A stretch of DNA of 64,000 bases from an uncultured bacterium (GTDB lineage Bacteria > Babelota > Babeliae > Babelales > Vermiphilaceae). Both the position numbers and the translations under genes were made by a program. Location: positions 704,001 through 768,000 of the forward strand of contig OY968764.1 of the NCBI GenBank assembly GCA_963695335.1. The letters are read 5' to 3'. This document shows, piece by piece, positions 39,812 through 50,485 of the stretch; position 1 is the stretch's first letter; the number at the start of each line of letters is the position of its first letter. The notes beneath the pieces are model-generated. The model was not told the origin of the DNA and did not search any database. It worked only from the letters and a program-made list of their open reading frames with translations.

Positions 39812-41299
39812 TTACAACTTTACTTCTTCAATATCTAGTATATCACCACTAATATAATTTTGTTTAAGATATGCAAGCGCTTCTGCGCGTGTTGTTACTA
39901 ATTTGGGAGTGTATGTTTGTGCGGTGTGTAACATGCTGATGAGTGAAATACAATCACGCAGCTGATTATCGTTTTGGAGCATCTCTTTTGCGCGATCATA
40001 GCGTTTACTACTTTTTTTCTTTGTTTCTGGAGCATGTACTTCTTTTTTTTCTTTGGCAAGCGGTATACCTTCTTTAGTAACTTTTATAAAGTTATCTAAT
40101 GTTTCTTCTCGGCCATAATTTTTAGTAAACCATTGTACCTGTTCTGTTGGTGGAGTGGTACGTTCAATCATAAAATCTGGTTCAATGCCAGTGCCCTGGA
40201 TGGTACTGTTATCAGGTAAAAAGTAAAGGCATGTGGTAATTTTGAGCGCGCAGTTGTTACTTATGGGTATAACTTCTTGCACCGATCCTTTTCCAAAAGT
40301 TTTTGTTCCTACTAAAAACACCAAATAATCATTGGTTGTATCAGAATTAATTTTCAAGCAACCAGCTAAAATTTCTCCTGCTGAAGCAGTGTAATTATTG
40401 ATGAGAATAAAAATAGGAAGTGTATTTTTTGCAACGGGATTTCTGCGTGTAGCATAGCGTTCAATTTCTTTGCCATGTTTATCTTTGGTCAGTGCAACAA
40501 GGCTGCCTTTTTTAAGAAAGAGCCCAGCAATATCAATTGCAGCATTGAGTAATCCTCCAGAATTATTGCGTAGGTCAAGAATAAGACCTTTAGCATGTTG
40601 TTCTTGTGATTTTTTAAGTAAAGCTTCAATCTGTTTGGTTGCAGCTTCAGTGAACATACTCAGAGAAATGTAAGCAATGTTGTGACTTTTAATATGAAAA
40701 CTCAGTGAGTGTTGTTCTTTAACAACATCGCGCACAATATCGAATGGAAGTAAATCAGGGCTATTTTCGCGCATTATTTTTACTTTGACCGTGGAATGGC
40801 GCTCCCCTTTGAGTTTGGAAACTATTTTTTCTGTTGAAAGCCCTTCAAGAATTTCACCATCAATTTCTACAATTTTATCCATCGGTTGAATGCCCACTTT
40901 ATCAGCTGGACCATCAGGAACAGTATCAACAATAGTCAGATGTTTATCTTTTGTCTTGCGCATATTATCAATGACAATGCCAACACCAAAAAATTCACCG
41001 GAAGTCATTTCGAGCATTTCATGATACGTCTTAGGGTCTAAAAAATTGGAATGAGCATCTAATGAATTAATAAAGCCATCAATGGCTTTGATCATATTTT
41101 CTTTGGGGTCTGTGATAGCGTAATGTTTTTTATGCGCAATATCCATTGCTTGTGCAAATGTGCGTGACCAATTAAAGATTGTTTCATCAAATGTTTCGTC
41201 TGATACTTGTGCGGATGTTTTGATATTTTTTGTTTCAGCAACTGGTGATGAAAAATAGCATGTTATAGCACAGAATAGTGCAAGTGATTTTTTTTTCAT
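39812..41299 (-). CDS. ctpA: Carboxy-terminal processing protease (S41)
   Basis: PDZ GVG, LDLRNNSGG, TASAGEI, TFGKGSVQ; likely start MKKKSL at 41299. Confidence 0.92.
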   Translation of the reverse strand: MKKKSLALFCAITCYFSSPVAETKNIKTSAQVSDETFDETIFNWSRTFAQAMDIAHKKHYAITDPKENMIKAIDGFINSLDAHSNFLDPKTYHEMLEMTSGEFFGVGIVIDNMRKTKDKHLTIVDTVPDGPADKVGIQPMDKIVEIDGEILEGLSTEKIVSKLKGERHSTVKVKIMRENSPDLLPFDIVRDVVKEQHSLSFHIKSHNIAYISLSMFTEAATKQIEALLKKSQEQHAKGLILDLRNNSGGLLNAAIDIAGLFLKKGSLVALTKDKHGKEIERYATRRNPVAKNTLPIFILINNYTASAGEILAGCLKINSDTTNDYLVFLVGTKTFGKGSVQEVIPISNNCALKITTCLYFLPDNSTIQGTGIEPDFMIERTTPPTEQVQWFTKNYGREETLDNFIKVTKEGIPLAKEKKEVHAPETKKKSSKRYDRAKEMLQNDNQLRDCISLISMLHTAQTYTPKLVTTRAEALAYLKQNYISGDILDIEEVKL

Positions 41300-41382
41300 T
41301 TTGTCCTCTTTTTGTTGATAGTAAACGTAAATATTGCAACGTAAGTCAATATATGACCAATATGATTGGAAAGGAGGTTTGT

Positions 41383-41664
41383 ATGATACGTATAAAGAAA
41401 ATAGTACTGAAAGTTTTATTGGTATGCGAGATGGCAGGATTTGGGCACATTTATTTTTTTGGTAGTAATGGTATTGCATCATTGCAAGCGCAAAAAAAAG
41501 TTGTTGAAGATTTAAAAAGCTATATTCTGGTCCTTGATACAGAAATTACGCAGTTGGAAAAAGAAATGTATGCGTGGCAACATGATGATTTTTATAAAGA
41601 AAAAGTTGCGCGTGAACAGCTGCAGATGGCACGCAAAGGTGATGAACTGTTTTATATAGGATAA
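41383..41664 (+). CDS. ftsB: Septum formation initiator FtsB/DivIC
   Basis: One TM, G.NG, coiled coil, EKVAREQLQMA...E; AGGAGG RBS before 41383. Confidence 0.75.
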   Translation: MIRIKKIVLKVLLVCEMAGFGHIYFFGSNGIASLQAQKKVVEDLKSYILVLDTEITQLEKEMYAWQHDDFYKEKVAREQLQMARKGDELFYIG

Positions 41665-41672
41665 GGAGTACT

Positions 41673-42290
41673 ATGAAATTTGTATTACCAGCTTTACCGT
41701 ATGATTATGATGCCCTCGAACCGTATATTGATGCACGCACCATGGAAATTCATCATAATAAGCATCATCAAGCATATATCAGTAATCTCATCGCAGCACT
41801 TGATACATGTCCTGAATTTCAACCAACATCAGTGGAAAGTTTATTAATTAATCTTACAAATGTATCAGATGATATTCGTACAGCAGTACGTAATAATGCA
41901 GGTGGCCATTACAACCATTCCCTTTTTTGGAAAATTATGAAAAAAGATGGTGGAGGTAAACCAGTTGGTTTAGTGGCGAGTGAAATTAATAAAGCATTTG
42001 GTAGCTTTCAAGAGTTTCAAGAACTGTTCAACGCACGCGCAAAAACGGTATTTGGCAGTGGATGGGCATGGCTTTCGGTTGATAAAGAGGGCAAGCTTGA
42101 GTTAACTGCACTACCCAATCAAGATTCTCCATTGATATACGGTGAAACGCCAATTATGGGCCTTGATGTGTGGGAACATGCATATTATCTTAAATATCAA
42201 AATAAGCGTCCGGACTATATTACTGCGTGGTGGCATGTGATTAATTGGGAGCAGATTGAAGAAAACTACTTGGCTGCTACTAAGTATTGA
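41673..42290 (+). CDS. sodA: Fe/Mn superoxide dismutase
   Basis: HHNKHH, NNAGGHYNH, FGSGWAWL, DVWEHAYY. Confidence 0.93.
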   Translation: MKFVLPALPYDYDALEPYIDARTMEIHHNKHHQAYISNLIAALDTCPEFQPTSVESLLINLTNVSDDIRTAVRNNAGGHYNHSLFWKIMKKDGGGKPVGLVASEINKAFGSFQEFQELFNARAKTVFGSGWAWLSVDKEGKLELTALPNQDSPLIYGETPIMGLDVWEHAYYLKYQNKRPDYITAWWHVINWEQIEENYLAATKY

Positions 42291-42358
42291 TAAGTAGTAA
42301 AAAAATGTAGATATCCTATACTAATAAATAAAATTATCTCATCTTTAATTTTCTTGAT

Positions 42359-42392
42359 GGGTCCCCAATTGAAACGAAGTGAAAATTGGGGT
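42359..42392. repeat. REP-like family C palindrome
   Basis: gggtccccaatt...aattggggt; inverse of 60321-60353 and 33979-34013. Confidence 0.6.
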
Positions 42393-42412
42393 AAATAGTA
42401 TAGGATATTTTT

Positions 42413-43900
42413 ATGGAATTACAAAATAGCTCGCCAGAGCTACTAGAAGAACAATATAAAGTTCGTGTTGAAAAAGTTGAAAAAATGCGCGCTATGGGCA
42501 TAGACCCATGGCCTCAATTTAAACCAGTCAATGCAATAAGCAAAGAAGTTGTAGGCGAATTTTTTGATGAAAAAGAGTCTCGCACATATGAGCTTGTTGG
42601 TCGTATTTTAACATCACGTATGCATGGTAAAGCAGGGTTTTTAACCATTCAAGATGTAGGCGGCAAAATACAATTATATCTGCGTGAAGATATGATTGGT
42701 GAGCAGCAATTTTCTTTTTTACAACATTTTATTGATCTTGGTGATATTATGTGGTGCAAAGGAAAATCGTTCCGTACCAAAACGGGTGAAATTACCATCA
42801 AAGCAGAAGAATTTACGTTGTTGAGTAAATGCTTGCACCCGCTTCCAGAAAAGTTCCATGGCATAGCTGATAGAGAAATTAAGTATCGTCAGCGTTATTT
42901 AGATTTAATTACTGATGCAGAAGATAGAGAACGTTTTATAAAGCGTTCTCATATTGTTTCATCAATGCGTTTGTTTTTTAAAGAGCATGGTTTCTTGGAA
43001 GTAGAAACACCAATGTTGCATCCAATTCCTGGTGGTGCAATTGCAAAACCATTTGTAACGCATCACAATGCATTGGGAATGGATTTATATTTACGTATTG
43101 CGCCAGAACTTTATTTAAAGCGTTTGGTGATTGGCGGATTTCCACGAGTGTATGAAATTAACCGTTGCTTTAGAAATGAAGGTTTATCAATTCGTCATAA
43201 TCCAGAATTCACCACCGTTGAATATTATATAGCGCATCATGATTATATTTTTATGATGGCATTAACAGAAAATTTGATTGAATATCTGGCGCGTGCAGTG
43301 TGCAAAACAACAGAAGTACAATTTGGTGATTATCAGATCAGTTTTGCAGCGCCATTTGCACGAATGACAATGCAAGAAGCGGTTGCAAAAGTTGTGGGTT
43401 GTAAGCCTGCAGATCTTGAAGGTGATAAGATTGATGCAGTTATTGCGCAGCATAAAATAAAACTTGAGCAAAAAAACCCATCATGGGGATACAAATTAAA
43501 TGCATTGTTTGAAGAGTTAGTGGAATCAACATTAATTCAACCAACATTTATTACGCAGTTCCCTGTTGAAGTTTCTCCACTCTCTAAACGTAATCCAGAT
43601 AATTATGACTTTGCAGACCGTTTTGAGTTGTATGTTGCGGGTATGGAATTAGCGAATGGATTTACTGAGTTGAATAATCCATTTGATCAGGCGGAACGTT
43701 TTCATGATCAGGCGCATGCGCGTGCAGCCGGTGAAGATGAAACGCATTTTTATGATGCAGATTTTGTCACCGCGCTTGAATATGGCATGCCGCCAACAGT
43801 TGGTTCTGGTATTGGTATTGATCGTTTGACTATGTTCTTGACCAATGCACCATCAATTCGTGATGTTATTTTGTTTCCAACATTGCGAGTAAAAGAGTAA
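42413..43900 (+). CDS. lysS: Lysyl-tRNA synthetase, class II
   Basis: YRQRYLDL, YLRIAPEL, FRNEG, HNPEF, GIGIDRL. Confidence 0.97.
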   Translation: MELQNSSPELLEEQYKVRVEKVEKMRAMGIDPWPQFKPVNAISKEVVGEFFDEKESRTYELVGRILTSRMHGKAGFLTIQDVGGKIQLYLREDMIGEQQFSFLQHFIDLGDIMWCKGKSFRTKTGEITIKAEEFTLLSKCLHPLPEKFHGIADREIKYRQRYLDLITDAEDRERFIKRSHIVSSMRLFFKEHGFLEVETPMLHPIPGGAIAKPFVTHHNALGMDLYLRIAPELYLKRLVIGGFPRVYEINRCFRNEGLSIRHNPEFTTVEYYIAHHDYIFMMALTENLIEYLARAVCKTTEVQFGDYQISFAAPFARMTMQEAVAKVVGCKPADLEGDKIDAVIAQHKIKLEQKNPSWGYKLNALFEELVESTLIQPTFITQFPVEVSPLSKRNPDNYDFADRFELYVAGMELANGFTELNNPFDQAERFHDQAHARAAGEDETHFYDADFVTALEYGMPPTVGSGIGIDRLTMFLTNAPSIRDVILFPTLRVKE

Positions 43901-43925
43901 TATTTAGATTTTTGATTTTGATACT

Positions 43926-43960
43926 AAAAAAACCTCATGTTGTTGCATGAGGTTTTTTTT
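43926..43960. terminator. Bidirectional terminator (second copy at 44752-44782)
   Basis: aaaaaacctcatg...catgaggtttttt. Confidence 0.8.
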
Positions 43961-43997
43961 AATTTACGTGATGAATCTATTGTATATTTGTTTTTCG

Positions 43998-44600
43998 TTA
44001 TAATTTTTCCAATTTAGCTGCTTTATGATCTGCTTTAAGATCGGCATATATTTGTAGGTAATTTATAGTTGCTTGACACTGCTGGAATGCTTGCTGATCA
44101 AAACCAACTTTTAAAGCTGTTTTTCTAGCTAGAGTTATAGGAGATATTCCATCTTTATTTTTTAGATTAAGTTCATGTTCATAAACATTTAAAAGTTGTA
44201 GCATATTAATATTACATTTTTCAGCTGCAAAATGAGCAGCGGTATCGCCAGTAAAGGTTTGTTCATCCGTAAGCAATGCAGAACCACAATATTTATTATC
44301 TTTTTCAAGAAGCACACTTGCTGATCTAATACAATTTTTATTATGATTAGAGCTTTTGTGTATTGTTGTGGGTGAATATAGGCTTTCTGCAGTGACATGC
44401 AACGCTGTTCTACCAAATTTATCTTTTGCATCTATTTCAGCATTAGTTTTAAGAAGTTTTTTTATTGTTGTAACATCTCCATTGCTTGCAGCTATATGTA
44501 AAGGGGTTTGCCCGAATGGTAATTCCTGTTCCGTTGCTAATGTTACAGCGCTAGTAGCGCCAAGAATGAGAGCTGAAAATAGCATTTGTTTTATAGTCAT
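43998..44600 (-). CDS. Secreted ankyrin-repeat protein
   Basis: GQTPLHIAA, GRTALH, GDTAAH. Confidence 0.85.
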   Translation of the reverse strand: MTIKQMLFSALILGATSAVTLATEQELPFGQTPLHIAASNGDVTTIKKLLKTNAEIDAKDKFGRTALHVTAESLYSPTTIHKSSNHNKNCIRSASVLLEKDNKYCGSALLTDEQTFTGDTAAHFAAEKCNINMLQLLNVYEHELNLKNKDGISPITLARKTALKVGFDQQAFQQCQATINYLQIYADLKADHKAAKLEKL

Positions 44601-44798
44601 AATGTGTCCTTTTGAGTAATAATGGTTACTAATCTACTTCACTATTTAGTTTACCAAAACCATAAAAAATGTCAATTAGAAACGTTTGGGTTTAGAGGGG
44701 GGGGCTTTGAGCGATTAGATCGTGCTATTGATGGGGGGTAAGAAAAAACATAAAAACCCCATGTTTTGGCATGAGGTTTTTTGTTGTTTTTGCGTGAT

Positions 44799-45155
44799 TT
44801 ATCGCTGTTTTTTTAAATAATCAATTGCATCAAGGAATGGTGTTATTTGTTGTTGATCTAATCGACAATCAAGGTAAAAACCAAGCCCATATGGTGAATT
44901 ATACTTACTGGATGCGGCGGGTTTACCATTAATAAAATAACCTCGACCGTTATTATTATGGAATGTTACCATTTTATCTTGTTCTTCTTTTGGCCATGTT
45001 TTAAAATCCATGACAAAATCCGCAATAGGTTTGCTTAATTGTTCAACATAGGTTTGAAAAATTGTTTCTTTTAGATTTTCATTTTCCATTGCTAACGCAA
45101 TATTGTTCATAGCAACAAAGATAAGAGTAGAAAGTACTATTTGTTTAGTAGTCAT
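44799..45155 (-). CDS. Small secreted hypothetical protein
   Basis: MTTKQIVLSTLIF...ALA|MENE. Confidence 0.7.
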   Translation of the reverse strand: MTTKQIVLSTLIFVAMNNIALAMENENLKETIFQTYVEQLSKPIADFVMDFKTWPKEEQDKMVTFHNNNGRGYFINGKPAASSKYNSPYGLGFYLDCRLDQQQITPFLDAIDYLKKQR

Positions 45156-45273
45156 GAATTATCCTTTTTTCAGTGATTGATATTTTACGGGTAGTTTATC
45201 ATGTTTTTGTTGAGTGTATATCACTATTTTTAGGATATTGCGTTGGGAAGTCATTTTTAAGTATGGTGCATAA

Positions 45274-45375
45274 GAGCGCTCGAAGGTACCCTTCGACATG
45301 CTTCCTTCTACGCCACTCTTTCGCCAAGGCTACAAAGCGCAGGCAAGGCTACGGAGGACACGGCAGGGCGAGCGC
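45274..45375. repeat. Nested composite REP (family B inside family A)
   Basis: gagcgctcgaaggtacccttcgac[...ttcgccaaggctac...aaggctacggaggacac]ggcagggcgagcgc. Confidence 0.8.
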
Positions 45376-45410
45376 AGAGGAACAAAACCAGTCTGTTGTA
45401 AAGGGGAATT

Positions 45411-47138
45411 ATGAAGCGCTTTAAAGTACATATATTTTGTGCAGTTGTAGCATGTGCATTTTTATTGATTGTGCGTGGAACACGCACGGTTGATTATGCA
45501 GAAATGTTTAGTAATTGGAAAAGTGCAGCAGTGAGTGCATTAAAGCAGCGTTACGATCAAACAAAAGCATTTGTAGGGCGAGAGTTAATTTCTCCCGTTA
45601 TTGCTAAAGTGATTAAAACTCAAGAAAAATCGATTATTGATAATCCGTATCAAGATACTATTGCAACAGTGCGTATCGGTAATAATTTGAACCCTGAAGA
45701 AAATGCGTACCGCATATATCGCGAACCAAAAGTAAAAGCTGCTTTAGAACGCTTATTGGGCAGATCATTAGATGGTAAAAAGATTCCCGTTATTTCTTTT
45801 GTGGGTAGTGGTGGTGGGTATCGTGCAATGTTATGTACAACCGGTTCTATGGTTGGCGCAGAAAAAATTGGTCTGTTGGATGTTACAACATATATTACTG
45901 CTTTATCAGGTTCCACATGGGCATTGGGGCCATGGATGATGACAGGGTGGTCATGGGCAGATTTTAGAATATATCTTGAGGGTATTGTTGTCAGAAATAT
46001 TTTTCAAATAGGTACTGATGTTGTACGCAATATTGCTGATGTGTGTGCAACAAAGCTTGCATTTGATCAATCTGTTACAACAGTTGATCTGTTTGGTGCG
46101 TTGCTTGCCAATAGATTATTAGATGGATTTGGTGAAGATAGACAATTGTTATACTTATCGCAGCAAACTCAACGTGTACAAGATGGTAACTGGCCGTATC
46201 CAATTTACACTGCAACAGATGGCAGTGAACAAGTTGTGCAAAATGCTCATTGGTATGAATTTACACCGCATGAAGTTGGATCCGCGGCATTTGGAGTGTA
46301 TGTTCCAACATGGGCGTATGGAAGAGCGTTTTATGGAGGTGGATCATTAGATTTTGCACCAGAGCAAACGTTAGGATTTATTTTAGGTACCTGTGGATCA
46401 GCGTATGCATTGCATATTGGTTTTGCGTGGGATGCATTAGTAGAAAATCTTTCCAATATGGTGTTAAAACAGTTGATGGATGAATATGTTATAGCACCGT
46501 TAAGAGGTAAACGTGTTTTCTGGGCTGAAGTTAATAACTTTATGAAAGGCATACCAAACATAGCAAATGCATATTCCAATCTACAAACACGTGACACATT
46601 AAAACTGGTTGATGCTGGACTTACCTTCAATTTACCATATCCACCCGTGAGTGGTGAACGCGCTGAACGTAAAGCTGATGTGCTGATTATGCTTGATGCT
46701 TCAGCGGGTATTATACCTGAGGAATTGAAAAAAGTTGAACAATATGCACGCAACCATAAACTTAAATTTCCCGTGATTGATTACACAGACTTGAATAAAA
46801 AAACGTTTGCAGTGTTTAAAAATGAAAAAGATGAAACTGTTCCAGTAGTTATATATATGCCACGTATAACTGATGCGCAATTGTGGCAAGAACATAAAAT
46901 AAAACCCGAAATGAGTGCATATAATAATCTTGAAGGTTTTAATTTGGAAACATGCACCAATGAAAGTGGTCAGGTGTGTAATACCTTAAATTTTGAATAT
47001 ACCGAAAAACAAGCGCAGCAGGTGATGAATCAGACGGAATTTAATATGGTGGCGAATAAAGATAACATTATTGAAGTTCTTAATTGGGTGATTGATCGTC
47101 AGGCGCCCAATGTTCCAGGAGCGCCACCTGCGGTATAA
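45411..47138 (+). CDS. cPLA2/phospholipase B-type lysophospholipase
   Basis: SGGGYRAM, LSGSTW nucleophile, YEFTP.E.G, LVDAG...N.P. Confidence 0.85.
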   Translation: MKRFKVHIFCAVVACAFLLIVRGTRTVDYAEMFSNWKSAAVSALKQRYDQTKAFVGRELISPVIAKVIKTQEKSIIDNPYQDTIATVRIGNNLNPEENAYRIYREPKVKAALERLLGRSLDGKKIPVISFVGSGGGYRAMLCTTGSMVGAEKIGLLDVTTYITALSGSTWALGPWMMTGWSWADFRIYLEGIVVRNIFQIGTDVVRNIADVCATKLAFDQSVTTVDLFGALLANRLLDGFGEDRQLLYLSQQTQRVQDGNWPYPIYTATDGSEQVVQNAHWYEFTPHEVGSAAFGVYVPTWAYGRAFYGGGSLDFAPEQTLGFILGTCGSAYALHIGFAWDALVENLSNMVLKQLMDEYVIAPLRGKRVFWAEVNNFMKGIPNIANAYSNLQTRDTLKLVDAGLTFNLPYPPVSGERAERKADVLIMLDASAGIIPEELKKVEQYARNHKLKFPVIDYTDLNKKTFAVFKNEKDETVPVVIYMPRITDAQLWQEHKIKPEMSAYNNLEGFNLETCTNESGQVCNTLNFEYTEKQAQQVMNQTEFNMVANKDNIIEVLNWVIDRQAPNVPGAPPAV

Positions 47139-47285
47139 TTACGTTGTATATATTTTACTGTTCGAATATATAAAGCCAGTCATTTGTAGGACTACCATAG
47201 CCATATTTATACTTATTATTGACTATATGAAAATGATTTGTGTAATCTGAAGATAGATATTAAAGTATAAAATAGGGGTTTTTGT

Positions 47286-48905
47286 ATGAAAATGATCAAA
47301 AGTAGGCTTTTTCTCGCATTTTTAGCTTTCAGCTTTGGGTATAATCTCCAAAGTATGGAACCTGAAAAAACGTTTCCTTTTGCCGATTTGCCACCAGAGA
47401 TGCAATATTATGTTGTAGCGCTCATGAGTGTCTCGAGTACTGCGAAATCGCTCCAAGAAGCTACTGATACAATAAGTGCACTTGCTGTAACCAATGAAAA
47501 TTTGAATGAGTTACTTAATGATCCTACAATTTGTCTTAAGATTATTAAAAATCTTGCAAAGCAGTTTGGATGCTCAGATCAAGAAGCAGCTGAAGCATTA
47601 GGAACGCAAGAAGCAAAAAGACGTTTAGATATTCAACAACAGTTTTTTGATCTGTGCGATCAAGATGTTGAACTTTTTACGCAAGCAGATTTTGATGATC
47701 TTTATGAGCTATATAAAAAATATGTAGATTTTAATTTCACTTATTATGTTGTTTTTCATCACGAAGGCTTTAATCCAGAAAAAATTGAAACAACTCTTTT
47801 AATGTTAGCAATAAGAGCAGAAAATTGTTCCCTCATTAAAATATTGCTTACACTTGGGGCAAATAGTAATCTGGCTAATGCTGACGGATATACACCATTA
47901 ATGGTTGCTGTTGATACTAACAATAAGGATATAGTCCAGTGTCTTTTAGAAAATTCTGAGCCTCATATTGATCTGCAAGATAGTGAAGGTAAGACGGCTC
48001 TTATGTTTGCGGTAATAAAAAATAACTGTTCTATTATCAAAAAGCTTCTTGAACGTGGAGCAGATATAAATAAGACTGATAATAGTGGAATGACAGCGTT
48101 AATGATCGCAGTTGGTCATGGACATACAGAAGCAGTTCAATGTCTTTTGCAAAATCCTTATATTGAAATAAATAAAAAAGATAAAACTGGATTGGTAGCG
48201 TTTATGTACGTGGTAGGAGCAAAACAAAACAGTTGTCCTATTCTTCAAATATTTTTGCGTCATGGAGTAGATATTAATCAAGTTGATGATGAGGGAATAA
48301 CAGTATTAATGCTGGCGATTATGGTTAATAAAATGGATCTGTTTGAATGTCTTGTGTATAATCGCAAGATTGCAATTGATCAAGCAGATAAAAAGGGAAT
48401 TACTCCTCTTATGTGGGCAGTAAGATACAACAATTGCCCTATGATTAAAATTCTTCTTGAGCGTGGAGCAGATGTTAATAAAGGTGACCTCGGCGGAATA
48501 ACAGCGTTAATGCTAGCGGCTTATGATGGTCATATAGAGACGGTTCAATGTCTTTTTGATAATTCTACTAATATTGCAATAAATCAACGAACTGAAGAAG
48601 GCTTGACAGCTCTTATGTTTGCAGCAAGAGGAAAAGCGCATAATGATTATATTATTAAAATGCTTCTTAATCATGGAGCAGATATTGACCAACAGGATGC
48701 AAAGGGATGGACTGCTCTGATGATAGCAATGAGTATGAAAAATAAGCCAATTATCAAATTTCTTCTTGATGCGGGCGCAAATCCAGAACTTGGAACTTAT
48801 GACGGCCTCACGCCTTTACAATTGGCAGAACAAACTGGTGATCAAGACATTATTGATCTTGTTGTGGATGCCATAAAAAAATGGGGTTTAAAAAAGAGTA
48901 TGTAA
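47286..48905 (+). CDS. Secreted F-box-like plus multi-ankyrin protein
   Basis: LQS|MEPE, FADLPPEMQ, many G.TALM.A repeats. Confidence 0.88.
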   Translation: MKMIKSRLFLAFLAFSFGYNLQSMEPEKTFPFADLPPEMQYYVVALMSVSSTAKSLQEATDTISALAVTNENLNELLNDPTICLKIIKNLAKQFGCSDQEAAEALGTQEAKRRLDIQQQFFDLCDQDVELFTQADFDDLYELYKKYVDFNFTYYVVFHHEGFNPEKIETTLLMLAIRAENCSLIKILLTLGANSNLANADGYTPLMVAVDTNNKDIVQCLLENSEPHIDLQDSEGKTALMFAVIKNNCSIIKKLLERGADINKTDNSGMTALMIAVGHGHTEAVQCLLQNPYIEINKKDKTGLVAFMYVVGAKQNSCPILQIFLRHGVDINQVDDEGITVLMLAIMVNKMDLFECLVYNRKIAIDQADKKGITPLMWAVRYNNCPMIKILLERGADVNKGDLGGITALMLAAYDGHIETVQCLFDNSTNIAINQRTEEGLTALMFAARGKAHNDYIIKMLLNHGADIDQQDAKGWTALMIAMSMKNKPIIKFLLDAGANPELGTYDGLTPLQLAEQTGDQDIIDLVVDAIKKWGLKKSM

Positions 48906-48938
48906 TATTTTATCTATTCTTTTTAACTGTTGAAAATG

Positions 48939-48968
48939 AAAGCCGTTACGTTGTGTAACGGCTTTTTT
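48939..48968 (+). terminator. Intrinsic terminator
   Basis: aaagccgttac...gtaacggctttttt. Confidence 0.8.
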
Positions 48969-49058
48969 GTGTTTACGATTTTTTATATTCATATTATTGT
49001 GTTTATTGTGTTTTAAATGTTTTTACATGTCATGATTTTTTAATAAAAGGAAGATGAA

Positions 49059-49688
49059 GTGAAGAGATTGGTATTAGCTATTATTATGTGCGGTGGTTAT
49101 TTGTGTGGCATGGAAACTGAATCAAATTCTATTACGTACACCTATGGCAACACAAAAATTAATCTTGTGAGGGGTAAGATTGAAGATTTTGATGGCAAGG
49201 TAGCAGTGATCGTTGTTGGAGAAAATACGCTTTTAACATCATCTTTTTGGGATCGTAGTAAAAATATTGTAGTTTCCGGCGTAGAGCCGAACCTTTATAT
49301 GAGTTATGATGAAGATAATCGTAAAGATGTTCTTTGTTATCACAGATATTTGCAAGCTTCTTCTGATGGTAATGTTCGTCTTCATAAATTTTATCAAGGA
49401 AAAGCAGCAATAGATCGTGCTGAAAAAGATTTATATAAAGCATACCAGAATGCTTTAATCTTGGGGAATTTACGAAGGTTAAAAAAGAACAACCCAAATA
49501 AAACTATAGCAATGCCTCTTTTAAGTTCAGTCTGTTTTCCAAGAGATAAAGCAGTACAATGTGCTGTATCAGTAATTATTGATAGAATTACAAAGTATCC
49601 TGGTGATTATGATATTATGCATCTTGTGGCGAATAGCGACTCTGATATTGATGAGTGCAAAAAATTGCTTGCGGGATATATACGTTAA
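49059..49688 (+). CDS. Secreted divergent macro-domain-like protein
   Basis: KINLVRGKI, L.KAY.NAL, TIAMPLLSS..FP...A; LCG|METE signal. Confidence 0.6.
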   Translation: MKRLVLAIIMCGGYLCGMETESNSITYTYGNTKINLVRGKIEDFDGKVAVIVVGENTLLTSSFWDRSKNIVVSGVEPNLYMSYDEDNRKDVLCYHRYLQASSDGNVRLHKFYQGKAAIDRAEKDLYKAYQNALILGNLRRLKKNNPNKTIAMPLLSSVCFPRDKAVQCAVSVIIDRITKYPGDYDIMHLVANSDSDIDECKKLLAGYIR

Positions 49689-49713
49689 ATAAAAATTATT
49701 GAGGAGTTTTTTA

Positions 49714-50430
49714 TTATTTTGCAGAAATTTGTTTTAAGAGATTTTTACAAATTCCTTGTTGAGCACAGTATTTTGCGAATGTTTTTATGTGAATAGTATG
49801 TAATTGAAAAGTCTTTATTTGAAAAATTTTATATTGAGACTTTTTCGCGTGAGCAATGATATGAGTTTCTTGTTTATTAAAAGCGATGGTAGGATGTTTA
49901 TCGCACAATGTAAAAGATAATGGGATATCAAAAGATTGGTTTTCATCGAGTACAACATGGGTAACAACTAAAGAATATGTATTGATTACATTTTTTGTGG
50001 ATGGATCAAGAATTGATTCAGGATAAAGTGTTGCAAACCAATTACCCGTACGTGAGATTGCTAAACTTTGGTGTTTTTTACCGATGCAATATTCTTTGTA
50101 TTCTCCATCAGATCGATTCATAATAACGAGTTTTGGCATTATTATTTTGTTGCAAATTATTTCAATGTCAGGTTCTTGGCGCTTCTCCGATGCAATAAAT
50201 AGTGCATTGTCAGAGCTGTACGCTACATATTTGAAAGGGAATTCTTTAGATATGATTCTTGTTTTTAATGCTTGAGTGCGTTCAATAAACTCTTTTTCAG
50301 TTTCATAGTCATGAAATGGTAAATATTGCGCGATATGATTGAAAACAGTTATTGGAAGTTTGATTTTTGCTTCCATGGCATGTAGATGTATGGAGACGAT
50401 GATGAGTATAATGAGTAGATATTTTTTCAT
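49714..50430 (-). CDS. Secreted protein with F-box-like N-terminus and partial beta-propeller (paralog of 50486)
   Basis: LPITVFNHIAQYLPF; IAFNKQ; KTFAKYCAQ.GICKNLL. Confidence 0.7.
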   Translation of the reverse strand: MKKYLLIILIIVSIHLHAMEAKIKLPITVFNHIAQYLPFHDYETEKEFIERTQALKTRIISKEFPFKYVAYSSDNALFIASEKRQEPDIEIICNKIIMPKLVIMNRSDGEYKEYCIGKKHQSLAISRTGNWFATLYPESILDPSTKNVINTYSLVVTHVVLDENQSFDIPLSFTLCDKHPTIAFNKQETHIIAHAKKSQYKIFQIKTFQLHTIHIKTFAKYCAQQGICKNLLKQISAK

Positions 50431-50485
50431 GTAAAATTGTTATTGAGTAGGGCCCCTGACTTTGCAAAAAAGCAAGGGGCTTGTG

